NCBI RefSeq assembly: GCF_006345805.1
Contig: NC_043015.1
Location: 7,998,001 to 8,062,000, forward strand
Reading direction: 5' to 3'
From: Octopus sinensis
Taxonomy: Eukaryota
DNA: 64,000 bases
Both the position numbers and the translations under genes were made by a program. Below the pieces are notes generated by a model. It searched no databases and was not told where the DNA came from. It saw only the letters and a program-made list of their open reading frames with translations. This document shows, one piece after another, positions 13,123-26,972 of this stretch (its first letter is position 1; every line of letters begins with the position of its first letter).

Positions 13123-14029
13123 ATTGCATAATTTACAGTAAGCCCAGTAGTTCGGAAAACCTCGACATGATACTAAACTCCACAAGTTTCTCAATGTTAC
13201 TTAAGTTTTTTCCTAAATATCTTACACTTTACTTAGAAGCAAATTGCCATAAAATATTACTAGTAACGTTGTTTGACATAAGAAATTTTTAAGTGATAAA
13301 TAATGAGCAATGAATGAGAATATTAAGTATTTAAGGCATGCTTTACTAAACCATTTAGAAACAATAAAAATAATATTTTAAGTCATTTACAAATGATTTA
13401 CTTAATGTATATAACGCATTAAATCATTTGCCAACAGTAAACATCACTCGATGTCTATTCTATGTAGGTGAGTCGTGGTTTCCTAGTCTCCATGTACATG
13501 AATATCAAAGGGCTCTGTTATATATGTGCAGATGTATACGATGAGTATCCACACTCACCCCCTTCCTCTACCTTTGCCCCATACAATGAAGGATAGTGCT
13601 TCGAGCAAGGGAAACAACATACTAACAGTTTTTGATAGGACATTGCATTTAACAACGGTGAATCCATACGGAAGGGGAAAGTCACGCTCAAATTCCATTT
13701 GTGATTGAGATACATTATATTCTAAATTGCACTTTTGAGATAACAGTCCGCCAGATCACGTGGCTATGAAATGCAGTTTTGTTGTAAATTATAAAGCTAG
13801 ATTCTCATCAGATTTCCAATTTCCAATCTCACGAATAATACATCAGAGGCTAATACGTATCTTTTCCATCTTAAGTTCAGCATAGTCACTTCAATCTTTC
13901 TGCCATAATTCCTTCGAAGACTTTAGTATTGGTTCACTAAATGGTATTGAATAAATGAGCGCAATGTTGAAAGGAATGTTACCTCACCTCCCCATACATA
14001 CCAATAATCTGCGCTTTCTCTCTCTCTCT

Positions 14030-14364
14030 ATATCTATATATATATATAAATTTATATATATATTATATATATCTATATCTATATATATATATATCTATAT
14101 CTATATATATATCTATATCTATATATATATCTATATATATATATATATATATCTATATATATATCTATATCTATATATCTATATATATCTATATATCTAT
14201 ATCTATATATCTATATATATCTATATATCTATATATCTATATCTATCTATATCTATATATCTATATCTATCTATATCTATATATATATATCTATCTATAT
14301 CTATATATATCTATATCTATCTATATCTATCTATATCTATATATATCTATATCTATATATATCT

Positions 14365-14451
<87 letters not shown>

Positions 14452-14592
14452 CTATATGTGTGTGTGTGTGTATATATATATCTATATGTGTGTGTATATA
14501 TGTATCTATATGTGTGTGTGTGTGTGTTTTCCTATGTATGTATGTATTTATGTATGTGTGCATGTATGTATGTATGTATGTATGTATGTATG
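14030..14592. repeat. Large compound microsatellite (CTATAT/TA/TG/TATG)
   Basis: Direct reading; generates the 212-aa YI-rich ORF 13955-14593. Confidence 0.95.
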
Positions 14593-15713
14593 ACAGTCCA
14601 ATGATAAACTCTCATATATGAAAATGCAGTGAAGAATACAACTGAACCTACACATGTGTAAGCTGTTTTATTTCGGGCATATTGACCTTTTAGTGAGAAG
14701 GTGTAGTTGACACAATCGATCATATTGTTAATTTATTTTATTACTTATATTTTTATATTTTATAATATAACGCAATATAACGCAAATAGGAACAATCTGA
14801 GCTGCTCGAGTAAATTTGTAATAGTCGATCGATTACTAGGATTCTTCTCATATCTCACCTCATCAAGAATGCAAATAAATAATTCGATCCTGGCTCCTGT
14901 CGCGCACGAAAGCAAAAACGATGGTCATCGTTTCAATATATTTGGTCACCCCTGACGTCAGGCAAAGCAACACCAGATATAATGTCATTTGTTAAACGTT
15001 GGAAATGACCACTTGTAATCCGTTGTATTACTGGTCATAAGAATCAGAAGTAGTGGTCTGTAACTTCGAATTTCTCTCACATGCGAACGCACTAGACAAA
15101 ATCATACCGAATTAAACATTGATGACGTTCTTTCGCGATCGACAAAGTAGGAGTCAAATAGAGTTGTTGATGTAATCTACTAGCATAATTCCATCAAAAT
15201 TATTAGCCTTGTGTAAAAATCTGAAACAATTTTTATGATTTAAAAAACTTGAATAAAATGAACATCCATATCAATAACAATAATGATATCAACGATAAAA
15301 ATCATAAACAATATCATGAAAATAATATAAGTTACACATCTTTTCTGCACTAAAATAATAGCGCTAATGCTAACTACAACCTAACATTAATACTACTACG
15401 TTATAGAAGCGCTTAAAATAATAAATTAATTCGTATTATCAATGTTCATTTTGTTGTTGTTAACATCGTTATCATTATGAAAGCAACGGTGACCTGTTAA
15501 CACGATGTATTCTTAAAGACACTGTTTGTGAAACCACACACGATGATGTTTTTATTATATAATAAGTTTTCTGCAACAAGAAGCATGAATCTTAGTAGGT
15601 TACAGGCATGCATATGTAGGTGCATGCGCCTGTCATGTGTATAGAAACACTCAGACACGAGCTTATATAAACGCACACACGAACGTGTATACATTTGTTC
15701 ACGAAAATACAAA

Positions 15714-15775
<62 letters not shown>

Positions 15776-15802
15776 TACCGACATATATGCATGTATGGAT
15801 TA

Positions 15803-15840
<38 letters not shown>

Positions 15841-16408
15841 CCTATAAATATGAACATGTATGTGTACAATTATTAACTTCCCAATCCCATATTTTCTTCT
15901 TTTACATTATATATATATATATATTTGCACACACACACACACACACACATATATATGTATATATGCATATACTCACACAATAATACTGACAAATACATAC
16001 ACTCACATAACACAATATTTTAATGAAGCTTCAAATGTAACGTAAAATAAACAAAAAATTCTAAGGAAAGCTCGCGAATTAAAACTTTAGATTATACTGA
16101 GTTTATTTCACACTCTGCCAAACTTGACGTTTCCACCGATAGGCAAATGCCAAACCAAATTAAGTGCAAGTGTGAAAATATGTTATAGCCTCCCCATTAC
16201 ATGTATGCAGTTCTTCCAAAATGTGTTGGAACATATACAGAGATATCCTTTAGAGTATTTTCTTTTGGGATTTTATTTGTTTAGCCGTTCATTTGTTTTC
16301 CACTGTAATTCAAGGAATGCATATTTCTGTATACATTCGCCAACAACTTGTGTAGGCTTAAACGGCTAAACACAACACGTTAATATCCCATACACACACG
16401 CATATATA

Positions 16409-16448
<40 letters not shown>

Positions 16449-16469
16449 TGTGTGTGTGAGTGTGTATAC

Positions 16470-16540
<71 letters not shown>

Positions 16541-17679
16541 GCATACATACACACACACACACATATAGAAACACATACAGACGCGCATACAAGAGTTAAG
16601 GAATGGAGTAGATAATATCCGAAATACATGCGTTTCGTAGGGAGTGGAACCCCGGAAGTAGTGGATATCCTAGCGTAGTGTATACTGCAGGCTACATTTA
16701 GAACTAAGTGTATCTTGATTAAATGATGTTTACGTTGTCGTAAGGAGGTATGTGTTAACACACGGACGATTATTTAAATATTTATGTTTGCAGTTTTCGA
16801 TGAGATAATTTAAGCACAACATTTACAATTAATCAACAAATAAATGTCGGAATTAGAATTTATTTTCTTAATTTCTCTTAAAATAAATTTAGTTTAACAT
16901 TTACTACAGAACCATTTCGATAAATATGTATACACAAGCGAGCGCGCACGCAAGGACACACACACAATCACACGTGGCATGTGTTTGTTTATGCGTGAGT
17001 ATATGTGTTGTGTGTATGCGTGTGTTGGAATTCTCTTGTAGTCCAAGAAAGACGTGTCCGCCTTTTCTTGCTGAACTACCCATAATTTCTTTGTAGTGAT
17101 TAAATGTATAAGCTTTACATCAACTCCCTCTCGGCGTTGTCTGAATACGCAAGTCTTTTACTCAATAACAGAATGCACAACCCGTTCCAGGAACACGAAC
17201 CATGATCTCGCACTGGTCTATGTCTGTGCAGCAAAGATATACTTTTGCTTAGACACATGGCACAATGATACAACTAGCAAAATATAGTTACATACATGCA
17301 TTCGGGCGAGTTCTTCGTTCTAAGAAATATTTCCTATATTCTGACCATAAGCGTGCTACATCCTGGAAAATGTAATGATACTCGGTTTCCCTTCCTAATC
17401 GACACATATCCATTCTATATATATACATTAGCTTAATAACTGCACACACAGCATATATATACGTACATGTGTGCGTATGTGTCTCTTTTGCGGAGAAAGT
17501 TCCAAAGGAATTCTTACCTATTTTACAAGTTTAATCATACATTGTCAATTATCTAATATCATTGTGATCTGGCTGAGATTCCTGTTCACCCCTTGATACA
17601 AATAAAACACACACACACACACACCACACACACACATACATATATGTATATTACTCTTCCTTGTGTGTGTATGTGCGTG

Positions 17680-17805
17680 TGTAACCGTCAGGTAAGAAGC
17701 TTGCCTCCCAGTTACTGAGTGGCAAATTGGGCAAGTACCTCCGAATATAGCCTCAGGTCGATCAAAGACATGTAATTGGATTTAGCAGGCAGAAACAGAA
17801 AGAAT
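17680..17805 (+). mobile_element. Family B SINE 5' fragment, degenerate
   Basis: GGTAAGAAGCTTGCCTCCCA...TTGGGCAAGT...TATAGCCTCAGGTCGATCAAAG resembles the family B head and CORE-like part. Confidence 0.55.
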
Positions 17806-17927
17806 CATGGGGAATATATATACCTTGGTGATGTACAGGTATTATATATTAGAAAAAATAAGGTACTCAGAAACCTGCTTGGTTGTACATTTACAGATTT
17901 TTATTAATATGTCACAAGTTTTTATAA

Positions 17928-17962
<35 letters not shown>

Positions 17963-18469
17963 CTTGCATCTGCTCTAGTAGATTCTTCATATTTGAAGTT
18001 TTTTAGGGGATTCGTCTCTTTTTATAGTATTATTGAGTGTGTAGGGGTGGAGAGAGATATAGGATAGTAAATGAGGGTGAGGAATGAGGAGAAAGTGAGA
18101 GAAAGTGTGCTTGTTTTTGTGTGTGTGTGCCTGTGTATCTGAAAGTAGTGTAAATGGAAAAGAGAAGAAAAGAAAGATGGAAGAACGTACGAAGAAAAAA
18201 TTGTGTTTACATCTATACAGCTGTTCAGTTATTTCAATAGAAGATGACAAGTTGGTTAATAAAGGTTATTTTTCCCAAAAATTGTCTGGATTTATTATCA
18301 TCATCATCATCTTCATCCTTGTCCAATGTTTGATTCCTCGTTCTGTATGGGTTGGAAAATCTGGATGTAAGATTGTTTCTATTTATGTATATGCACATAT
18401 GTATAGTACTGCGTGTGGTGGTTGTTAGGTTTGCATCAGTTAGGTGTGGTTTAGATTGTAGTATGTGAA

Positions 18470-19375
18470 TTTGTGTTTAGCTGTATGCAAGCAGCTGGGT
18501 AACTGTTCCCGCAATCTGTTTATAATACGCTCCTTTGTTGATAATATTGAGAGTGACTCTTCGTAAAATAGCTGGCACTTCCGGAATAATGTGTTATAGG
18601 GATTCACATGTCTAATTAGGGTCTAGGTCAAGCCGTATTTTGCCTTCTCTTCCGTGAACCTCCAGATAAAATCAGCTAGTTATCTTACATGCCGTTTAAG
18701 AGTTTTTCGAAAGATGTGGTTGCGATATCGATTTTTGAAAGTATCAGGCGATGCGCCGACATATACATAGAGGGCACCTCTTGTGTTGCTGTGCTCCTAT
18801 ACACCACATTTCTGGTCATGCATTGACTGACCAAGGGTCTTTTGTTTTGGTTTGCTGGTGTGCTGCGAGCACTAATTGTTTCTATTCAGTATATTGGTGG
18901 TCATGGTTATCCTCTTATTATTAATATTCTGAGTGTGTTAGTGTTGCTGTTTGAATTGTTCCTGGTGTGATGCTTTGGTTGGTCATTATAGATATAGCGT
19001 TTTTTTTCTTTTCGGTTGGCTGATATTATATTTTGAATCATTATCACATTGCGTTAATTGGTTGGTATTTGCATTGTCTCTAGGTGTTTTATATGAGTCA
19101 CGATCAATTGTTGAAGGCTTATTTTGAGCGCAGTCTGTTCGCTGCCTTTTTTTACGATTATTAATGCTATGAACGTGGTGCTCTATATTTGATGAGTTAG
19201 CATCGGACTGTTTTACAGTGTGATGGTTGGGTATTTTGCTATACTCTCCGTTTTTAGGGAAGCAACGAGAGAGTGCAGCAAAGAATTATTTCGCAATCCT
19301 GGATGAGATGTTAGAGCCCTAGATTTGGTTATTCATTCCCTAAATTGATGGGTATATAACAACATGCCATCTGAT
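18470..19375 (-). mobile_element. Penelope-like element relic (post-RT linker plus GIY-YIG endonuclease), decayed
   Basis: Minus strand, with stops and frameshifts: ..SNISSRIAK*FFAALSRCFPKNGEYSKIPNHHTVKQSDANSSNIEHHVHSINNRK.. resembles the PLE motif NVxTNIGxxFLxLIxKHFPxxHxLxKIFNRNTVKVSYSCMxN. PLVSQCMTRNVVY../YVGASPDTFKNRYRNH..LADFIW..VNPYNTLFRKCQLFYEE..NRLREQLPSCLH resembles CPLxGxCxxxxVVY..YIGxxxxxFKxRYxNH..LSxYIW..PYxxxxKRCxLCxxEK..NKRxExxSKCRH. Confidence 0.85.
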
Positions 19376-19936
19376 TCTAAAAAATCTCTATTGAGACATC
19401 TTCATCATTGTACTTGAAGAGACCAAGACTGTTGTACAAAACATATGTGGTACCTAATAAAAGCGTAATACAAAATCCATCTCCTACTATCAATAATACT
19501 ATTAATATAACTACCCTTGCAGAATTCCTGAAGTAGATCCCACGGAAAAGTGCCAAAACTGCTGATGTTAGCACATAGCCTAAACAAACATTTAAGCATA
19601 CTAATCGCATTATACTTATTTGTATATATATATGTTTATATTTATCTCATATATATATTGGTGCCTTCTTCTCGGTGCTTCTTTTAAGATCCTGGGCAGG
19701 GGTCTGGATTGTATCCTTCAACAGTTTCTATTATTTCAGGTCGATCTAAGGCAATCGTTTGGAATGTGCTGCAAAAAAGTGTAGGTATTGAAGTCCCTCA
19801 CTCGACGTGTTACACCGTATGTGATGGTTTGAGTGAAGTGTGCAAGCAGGTCGCCTTTGTATTTTCTCACTGCATAGACAAATTAGTGAAAACATGTCAT
19901 ATTCTACAACGCTTACTTGATTCTGAATGACAGCTT

Positions 19937-19984
<48 letters not shown>

Positions 19985-20005
19985 ATATAAATACACATAC
20001 ATACA

Positions 20006-20076
<71 letters not shown>

Positions 20077-22137
20077 TTGTGTGTGTGTGTGATGTTTCTC
20101 TGTAAAAATCTATAGGAGCTGGAGTGGTCAAGAAGCCAATGGTTGTACGAAAATATGATTTACTTACATTTCAGATTCTTTTTGTTGAAAGGAAAGGAAT
20201 AATAATGTAGGTGTTACATGAACGAAGTGTATAAACAATCTCAAAGCTGCTCCCATTATCTGTTTCCAAATGTATAATATTAAATTGTTTGATACATATT
20301 TAATTGTGTACATGGAAATATTTCTGTTGTTTATCAAAGGGCCTGAAGAATTCGTCGACGGGGAATTAAGAAATGTGGATTACGAGTTAAGTATATATTT
20401 CTTTCACGTTGAGTCGACAACCATTAATTCTAAGTCGAATTTTTAGTATATTCATTACTTCGAAGCAGGCAAAGAATTTAAATTCGCAAAGGTCACTGAT
20501 GAAAAGCTAGTCAATGATATAGATGTATTACTATAAATATTCAGAACATAAACAATTTGACATAGATCATTGTAGAAGCTTCACGTATAAAATCAGGTTT
20601 GTGTGTTTACAAATGTGTCCAAATATATTGTGCTTTTTACCATCATTCCAGACAGATTGTATTGTTGTGTATATATTATCAGCAGTCAAGAGAATTTTGA
20701 TTTAAGGTGGCTAAGCGTGTTTAAACTTTTGAACCAATCACTTATATCTGTCTAAACAAGAATAGTTAGTAAGATGTTAAAGAATTGTGCTACACAAGTG
20801 CAAATATTAAACACCTATAATAAGACAGAAAGATGAGAATGGGCGGTAAATTATTCACACAACAATCTTAGTTAATAACGTACTTAATAAAGAAAATTAT
20901 TCTTGCCTTTCTCAGATTAACAGCTTGTTATACACAACTATTATAGGGTGAAGGACTATAGATACTGATATAATAATATTGATTGTGACAAGAGATCTCT
21001 TCCGTGAAACCTAAGTGAAGAATGTGTCATATAATTAGTTCGAGTCAGTTACCGCTTCATTATCAATTCATATATGAATATTTTGTGAAGAGAGCGATGA
21101 AAATAAAACGTGTGAAAGACCATGATATTCTCTTCTATATTTGTCTTGAGAATTATGCTGAATATGATATTTCTAATCACAGCAATAGATTTATAGGAAG
21201 CAGACGCATTGTCATCTTAGGTACGTGTTAATAGGCGGTGCGCTCACGTCACCGATTAACACTAAACACTGGATTTCCTTTCATTATGGAAATCCATGTA
21301 TTGCCCGCACATTGTGTTGAAACATATACACGTTCAGGTCAAATTTGTACATTCTCATCAACAATTTTCTATGCCATTATGCTGTCTACGCTACTTTCTA
21401 TGAAAGAAACAGACTACCGGACTATATCATTTCGTAACCCTCTCAAACTGACCTTATTGTGCAATTAGTTACGCTCTAATGAATCTAACAATCATTAATT
21501 TGGAGAATTAATAGATATACGTGATGCCATAAACTTGTTAATAGTGATCTATTAATTTCCATTTAATTATATTGAAGTCTGACTTCCATTTGCCAACTCT
21601 AAAATTCTTCCAAGTAATATTGTAGCAGTAATTGTTGTATGAAGTGTAATGAACACTTGTCACTAAATCAAATATGTGATAACTTTTACCATTAATACAG
21701 TGATTTTTGAAGATATGCAACGACCATGAACATATAATAATTTACGACCTTATAAATAGAAACATCTTTATTCTAAAATTTCATACGACTATAAATTTAC
21801 TTTAAGACGCTATATAAATAGACTTTCAGCGTAAATAACAAGTAATGTCGTTAATATAATTGTTATGTCAGATGATGCTCACATGATCTGAACTGATTAC
21901 CGACGGAAACTTAAAATGCGATTGTATTGGATTCTTTGTGATCTAAATTTGCTTCCGCTGTTGCTGTTAGACTATAACATGTATTTCGGTTTATATCGGT
22001 AATTCTTAAGAACTTATAATTTACATTTAGAGGCGAACACCCCCACAAATATCAAAGAATGTACTACTACTACTACTACTACTACTATTGTTGCTGCTCC
22101 TGTTACTACTTCTACTAATAACAATAATATTGATAGC

Positions 22138-22488
22138 AATAATGGTTTCAAATTTTGGCACGAAGCCAGGAATTTGTAGGGGAAGTAAGTCAATTGCATC
22201 GATCCAAGTTCTCCACTTGAACTTATTTTATCGACCCCGAAAGGAGAAATAATAATAATAATAATTATAATAATAATACTAAAAGCACAAGGCTTGGAAT
22301 TTTGGTGAATGTGACTCGTCGATTACATCGACCCAAGTGTTTCATAGGTACTTATTACATCGATCCAGAAAGGATGAAAAAAGCCAAGTCGACCACAGTG
22401 CCATTTGATCTCGAAGCGTAAAGACGGACAAAATACTGCTATAAGAATGTTGTCCGGCGAGCTAACGGTTCTGGTAGCTCGCAGTTTT
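22138..22488 (-). mobile_element. Two degenerate family C SINE copies separated by an (AAT)n tract
   Basis: GTCGATTACATCGACCC...TACTTATT..ATCGA.CC.GAAAGGATGAAA motifs at about 22138-22250 and 22281-22488. Confidence 0.7.
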
Positions 22489-22630
22489 CATAATAATAAT
22501 GTGAATCATTTTTACTGACAGTATAAGCTGAAATTTTGGGGAGGAAGCTAGACTATTTCATCGGTCTCAGTGCTTAACTGCTACTTATTCTAATCTATAA
22601 TGAAAGACCGAAATGCACTGCTCTTTCACT

Positions 22631-22631
22631 C

Positions 22632-22673
<42 letters not shown>

Positions 22674-22801
22674 GATAATAATAATAATAATAACAATAAT
22701 AATAATAATAATAATAATAACAATAACGATAATAATAATAATAATAATAATACTAATCATAATAAAATATTATTATCATTAATAATAATAATAATAATAA
22801 T
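22631..22801. repeat. (AAT)n trinucleotide microsatellite
   Basis: Direct reading. Confidence 0.97.
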
Positions 22802-23436
22802 TTGGTGTATTAGGATTCGAAACGTGTCGAATGATAAATTCAACGTGGTATCAGCTTTAGTCTAGCAACAACTTAATTTCAATTTGTACGAATATGAGAA
22901 AAGCTAGTTAATGGTAGAGAAATCATATGCAAGTAGCTCTCTTGTTCATTCATTGATGGCTCTTGAAATCTCCAGTGAACTTTTTAATCATAAACATATA
23001 ATCCGTTTCATACAAGAGACAAGAAAGCTCAGTGAAGTGAAAATCTAGCGTGTAACACTTATGCGTACAACAATACAATCTCTTTTATTTGTTAGATTTG
23101 TTTGCAAGCTCTCACACTGACAATATTTTATACATATCTATCTATTTATTTCAGCTGTATGATATATACAAAAAGTATATCTTTAAAAAACATTTTTCAA
23201 CTGGAATCCATAAACAACCAACGATGAATAACGAATGTAACCCATTAAAATTTGTGACAACGTTTGAAGATTTTTCGAATAATAGCTTCAACAGAATTTC
23301 CTCGTAATGTTTGGGTGAGAACAGGATTCGTGATACGCAGTAAAACATACCACACATCCACAAACAAATCTGCCAAACTATATTTTTAAAAAATTGTTTC
23401 TCTCAATGTACTTGAATATTCATAAGTATATTTAGA

Positions 23437-23474
<38 letters not shown>

Positions 23475-23721
23475 GAGAGAGAGAAACAGAGAGTATGTAT
23501 TTATGTTTCAGTGTGTGTCTATATAGAGACAAAAATGTGAGAGGCAAAGTAAGAGAGAGAGAGGGAGAGAGAGAGGGAGAGATTATGCTACATTTACACT
23601 TGCAAATAATAGGAAATGAATGTGTTTTTGTGCAAACTATTACTGTATGTCCAAGAGTTGTTACCACTGTGCATCTTTGTGTAACTGCTTTGGAATGCAC
23701 TTATGCAAAATGCCTAAACAC

Positions 23722-23758
<37 letters not shown>

Positions 23759-23762
<4 letters not shown>

Positions 23763-24173
23763 AGTGGCTGTGTGGTAAGTAGCTTGCTTACCAACCACAT
23801 TGTTCCGGGTTCAGTCCCACTGCGTGGCATCTTGGGTAAGTGTCTTCTGCTATGGCCCCGGGCCGACCAATGCCTTGTGAGTGGATTTGGTAGACCGAAA
23901 CCGAAAGAAGCCTGTCGTATATATGTATATATATAAATATGTATGTGCGTGTATATGTTTGTGTGTCTGTGTTTGTCCCCCTAGCATTGCTTGACAACCG
24001 ATGCTGGTATGTTTACGTCCCCGTCACTTAGCGGTTCGGCAAAAGAGACCGATAGAATAAGTACTGGGCTTACAAAGAATAAGTCCCGGGGTCGATTTGC
24101 TCGACTAAAGGCGGTGCTCCAGCAACCCAGTCAAACAAGTGAAACAAGTAAAAGAGTAAAAAGAGTAAAGAGT
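23759..24173 (+). mobile_element. Family B SINE
   Basis: Plus-strand GGAGTGGCTGTGTGGTAAGTAGCTTGCTTACCAACCACATTGTTCCGGGTTCAGTCCC..., ending in repeated AAAAGAGT units. Starts directly after a (TA)n array. Confidence 0.9.
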
Positions 24174-24507
24174 ATATATGATCTATATCGCCCTTATATT
24201 CAAAACACTTCCTATATTTCATATATATAAAATATATATTCTTTGACACATTAACTCAAAGAGATTTAGTAAGAAGTTACATCGACTTCCCATATGCTCT
24301 TTTAACAGAATATTATTTTCGTTGATGTTTAGAATATTCCATTTCTCATAACTGAAGAACAAGTTAGTCGTAAAATACAAAACACTTACATCATTCAAAT
24401 TTCAAACGGACATCCACGTTGATTGAACAGTGTGTATACTGCAAAGCAGTTTATTATTTTAGAAATTCATCAAGTCATTTGTCCTGTTATATTAGAGATA
24501 GATATCG

Positions 24508-24508
24508 C

Positions 24509-24557
<49 letters not shown>

Positions 24558-24633
24558 TGATAATAGTAATAATAATAATAATAATAATTTTTATCATTAT
24601 TATTATTAATATTATTGTTAGTAGTAGTAATAT

Positions 24634-24669
<36 letters not shown>

Positions 24670-24945
24670 CAGCAATAGTAGCAACATCATTAGTAGTAGT
24701 AGTAACAGTAGTAACAGTAGTAGTAGTAATAGTATTAGTATTAGTAGTAGTAGTAGTAGCAGCAATAGTAGCAACATCATTAGTAGTAGTAGTAACAGTA
24801 GTAACAGTAGTAGTTGTAATAGTATTAGTATCAGTAGTAGTAGTAGCAGCAATAGCAATAATAGCAGCAGCAACAGTAGCAACATCAATAGTAGTAGTAA
24901 AAGTAGTGGCGGCAGCAGCAGCAGTAGTAGTAGTAGTAGTAGTAT
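24508..24945. repeat. Compound (AAT)n/(AGT)n/(AGC)n trinucleotide array with a 90-bp higher-order duplication
   Basis: Direct reading. Unit GCAGCAATAGTAGCAACATCATTAGTAGT... recurs at 24669 and 24759, with a partial copy near 24846. Confidence 0.93.
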
Positions 24946-25789
24946 TTTTGTTGTATATCTGCCAGTAAATGATTTATCATTAGGTCGACATGCCCCAGTT
25001 TAATTTCTCAGCGTACTTTAAAACTCCCGTCAGTTTCTAAGTGACGTGATTTCTTTCTTGAAGTCATAGCTATCAGGAACTCATAAACATTAGTGAAAAG
25101 CAAGAATAATTTACAACCCCCCCTCTCTCTCTCTCTCTCTCTGTGTCACTTACATGTAAAATCATGTTAAAGACGACGCAAAAACATACTGTGTCACACC
25201 ATCGTTACACGGTACACATGTATTTCGTGATACATGTAGTACAATAACACTATTCTCGGTAAGGCTATATGTAAAATTATGTTCTACTACCATGTATCGA
25301 CATCCTTTTTAGCAAAATAATGTCTTTTTTTTTCTAACGAGTTTATCTAAGAATATATGCATGCGTGTATTTGTGTGAGCGTGTGTATCTGTATGGAAAG
25401 AGAAAGACAGAGATACACAGATCGAGAGAAATTGAGAGCTGTCATTGTATTTTATTAGCTGGATGCTTAAGAAATTTACTTCGAAGTCATGCCATAACGG
25501 ATTCCTTCAAACTGAGTAGCTCAACGGCTGTTATCTATAAGTGTCTCAGTTTGACATAAAAGATATGACTATGTCTTAGTCGATGGGAAACTGTTTGGAA
25601 AAATGTTCGGTGGAATATATGTTTAACTAAAATGTTATGACCCCAAATTATGCTATATTGAGGAGTTCTAAGAAGAGCAATATTGATGTTATCTACAGCT
25701 ATTACTATACTCAACATCAGAACAAAAATTTATATGGAAATATTATTTTATAAGTTCTCTCATTCATAAGAAAAAGACCTTTTAATTCA

Positions 25790-25985
25790 AGGCTTCAAAT
25801 TTCAAAGAAAGTGACTAATCGATTACATTGGCCCCAGTGTTTCACTGGTACTTAATTATAGTAGTTTGCACAAAAACACCTTAATTTCCTAATATTTGCA
25901 AAGTCGATCTAGGCAGAATTTAAACTCAACGTAGCGACGAGCGAAATACAGCTACGCATTTTGCCCGGCATGCTAACGACTCGCA
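25790..25985 (-). mobile_element. Family C SINE, degenerate
   Basis: ATCGATTACATTGGCCCCAGTG...CTGGTACTTAATT...AAAGTCGATCTAGGCAGAATTTAAACTC...GCCCGGCATGCTAACG. Confidence 0.7.
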
Positions 25986-26006
25986 ATAATAATGATAATA
26001 ATGATG

Positions 26007-26051
<45 letters not shown>

Positions 26052-26931
26052 TTAAAACCCTTCTCTGTCTTAGGAAATTGGAAAGCAACTGGAGGCGGTC
26101 GCACCAAAAGTCGCCAGTGAAGTTTCCCACATGAAATATCAAAAGTTGCCACATACTTTGTTGTTTCAGCGATTTACTACACGTATATCTATAGAATTTC
26201 TACCCATCTACACGGAAGCCAATGAATGAACATACCATTGGGTACCTTTAAAAAAAATCTCATTCTCTTAATCATCCTGGTAGTGCAGAACCTGTTATCA
26301 ACCATAACCAATCTCGATTGAAATTTATAAAGAGGTGAAACATTTCAATGAAATTAATTACCATTTCGCTGTAATCAAAAGAAATACAGTAAACTGCATA
26401 GTAACGTTAAACAATTTGTAGTTTATATATGTATTCATGTATGGTCGCATTTTACCGTGGATAACATTAAGCTAAGCAACACTATTTCAAACTTTCGATT
26501 CATGTCCAATTTTGACAAAAAATATAGGTAAGGTGAATTCATATATCAGGGTATCAGTTGAAAGCCACGATACCGATTTCATGAGAGAGGAAGGGGACGG
26601 AAGGGAGAGAGAAAATGATGTTCAACATCACCAGAACTCAGTAAAATAAATTCGAGAAAACGCAATAAGTTAGGCTTTTTGGAAGAGATTCACAATGTTG
26701 GATGTTTCACTTATGAAGAAAACAATAAAGCTACTTAAAATATCAGACAATTACTCATCAAATGATAACGAACATTGTCGGAAAATATAGGGTAATTGGA
26801 GAATGATGTTCTTGGAAAATTAAATATCAGGAAGGTCATGCTTGGAAAGAGTGTTACATAATAGATTTACTTGTCCTCAGTTATAGCTTCCATTGTTCCT
26901 TATTTTCTTTCATCCGATATATTTCTAAACA

Positions 26932-26972
<41 letters not shown>

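Noticed and set aside
13955-14621. 212-aa ORF and overlapping YI/CV-rich ORFs (also 5303-5737, 15497-15840, 16366-16761, 19746-20115, 48459-48796)
   Set aside because: They are translations of (TA)n/(TG)n/(CTATAT)n microsatellites, which lack stops in some frames.
17290-17405. Minus-strand CRLGRETEYHYIFQDVARLWSEYRKYFLERRTRPN, read either as a LINE C-terminal motif or as a 67-nt exon (17296-17362)
   Set aside because: Only loose similarity to the LINE DEFHYLFxC..RKKY..RPN pattern, with wrong spacing; as an exon it has no frame-compatible partner. Not supportable without a search.
24419-25003. 194-aa, 133-aa and 117-aa poly-I/S/L/V ORFs (also 22600-22782, 25909-26154, 30641-31027)
   Set aside because: Trinucleotide repeat translations with no domain, splice or start-context support.
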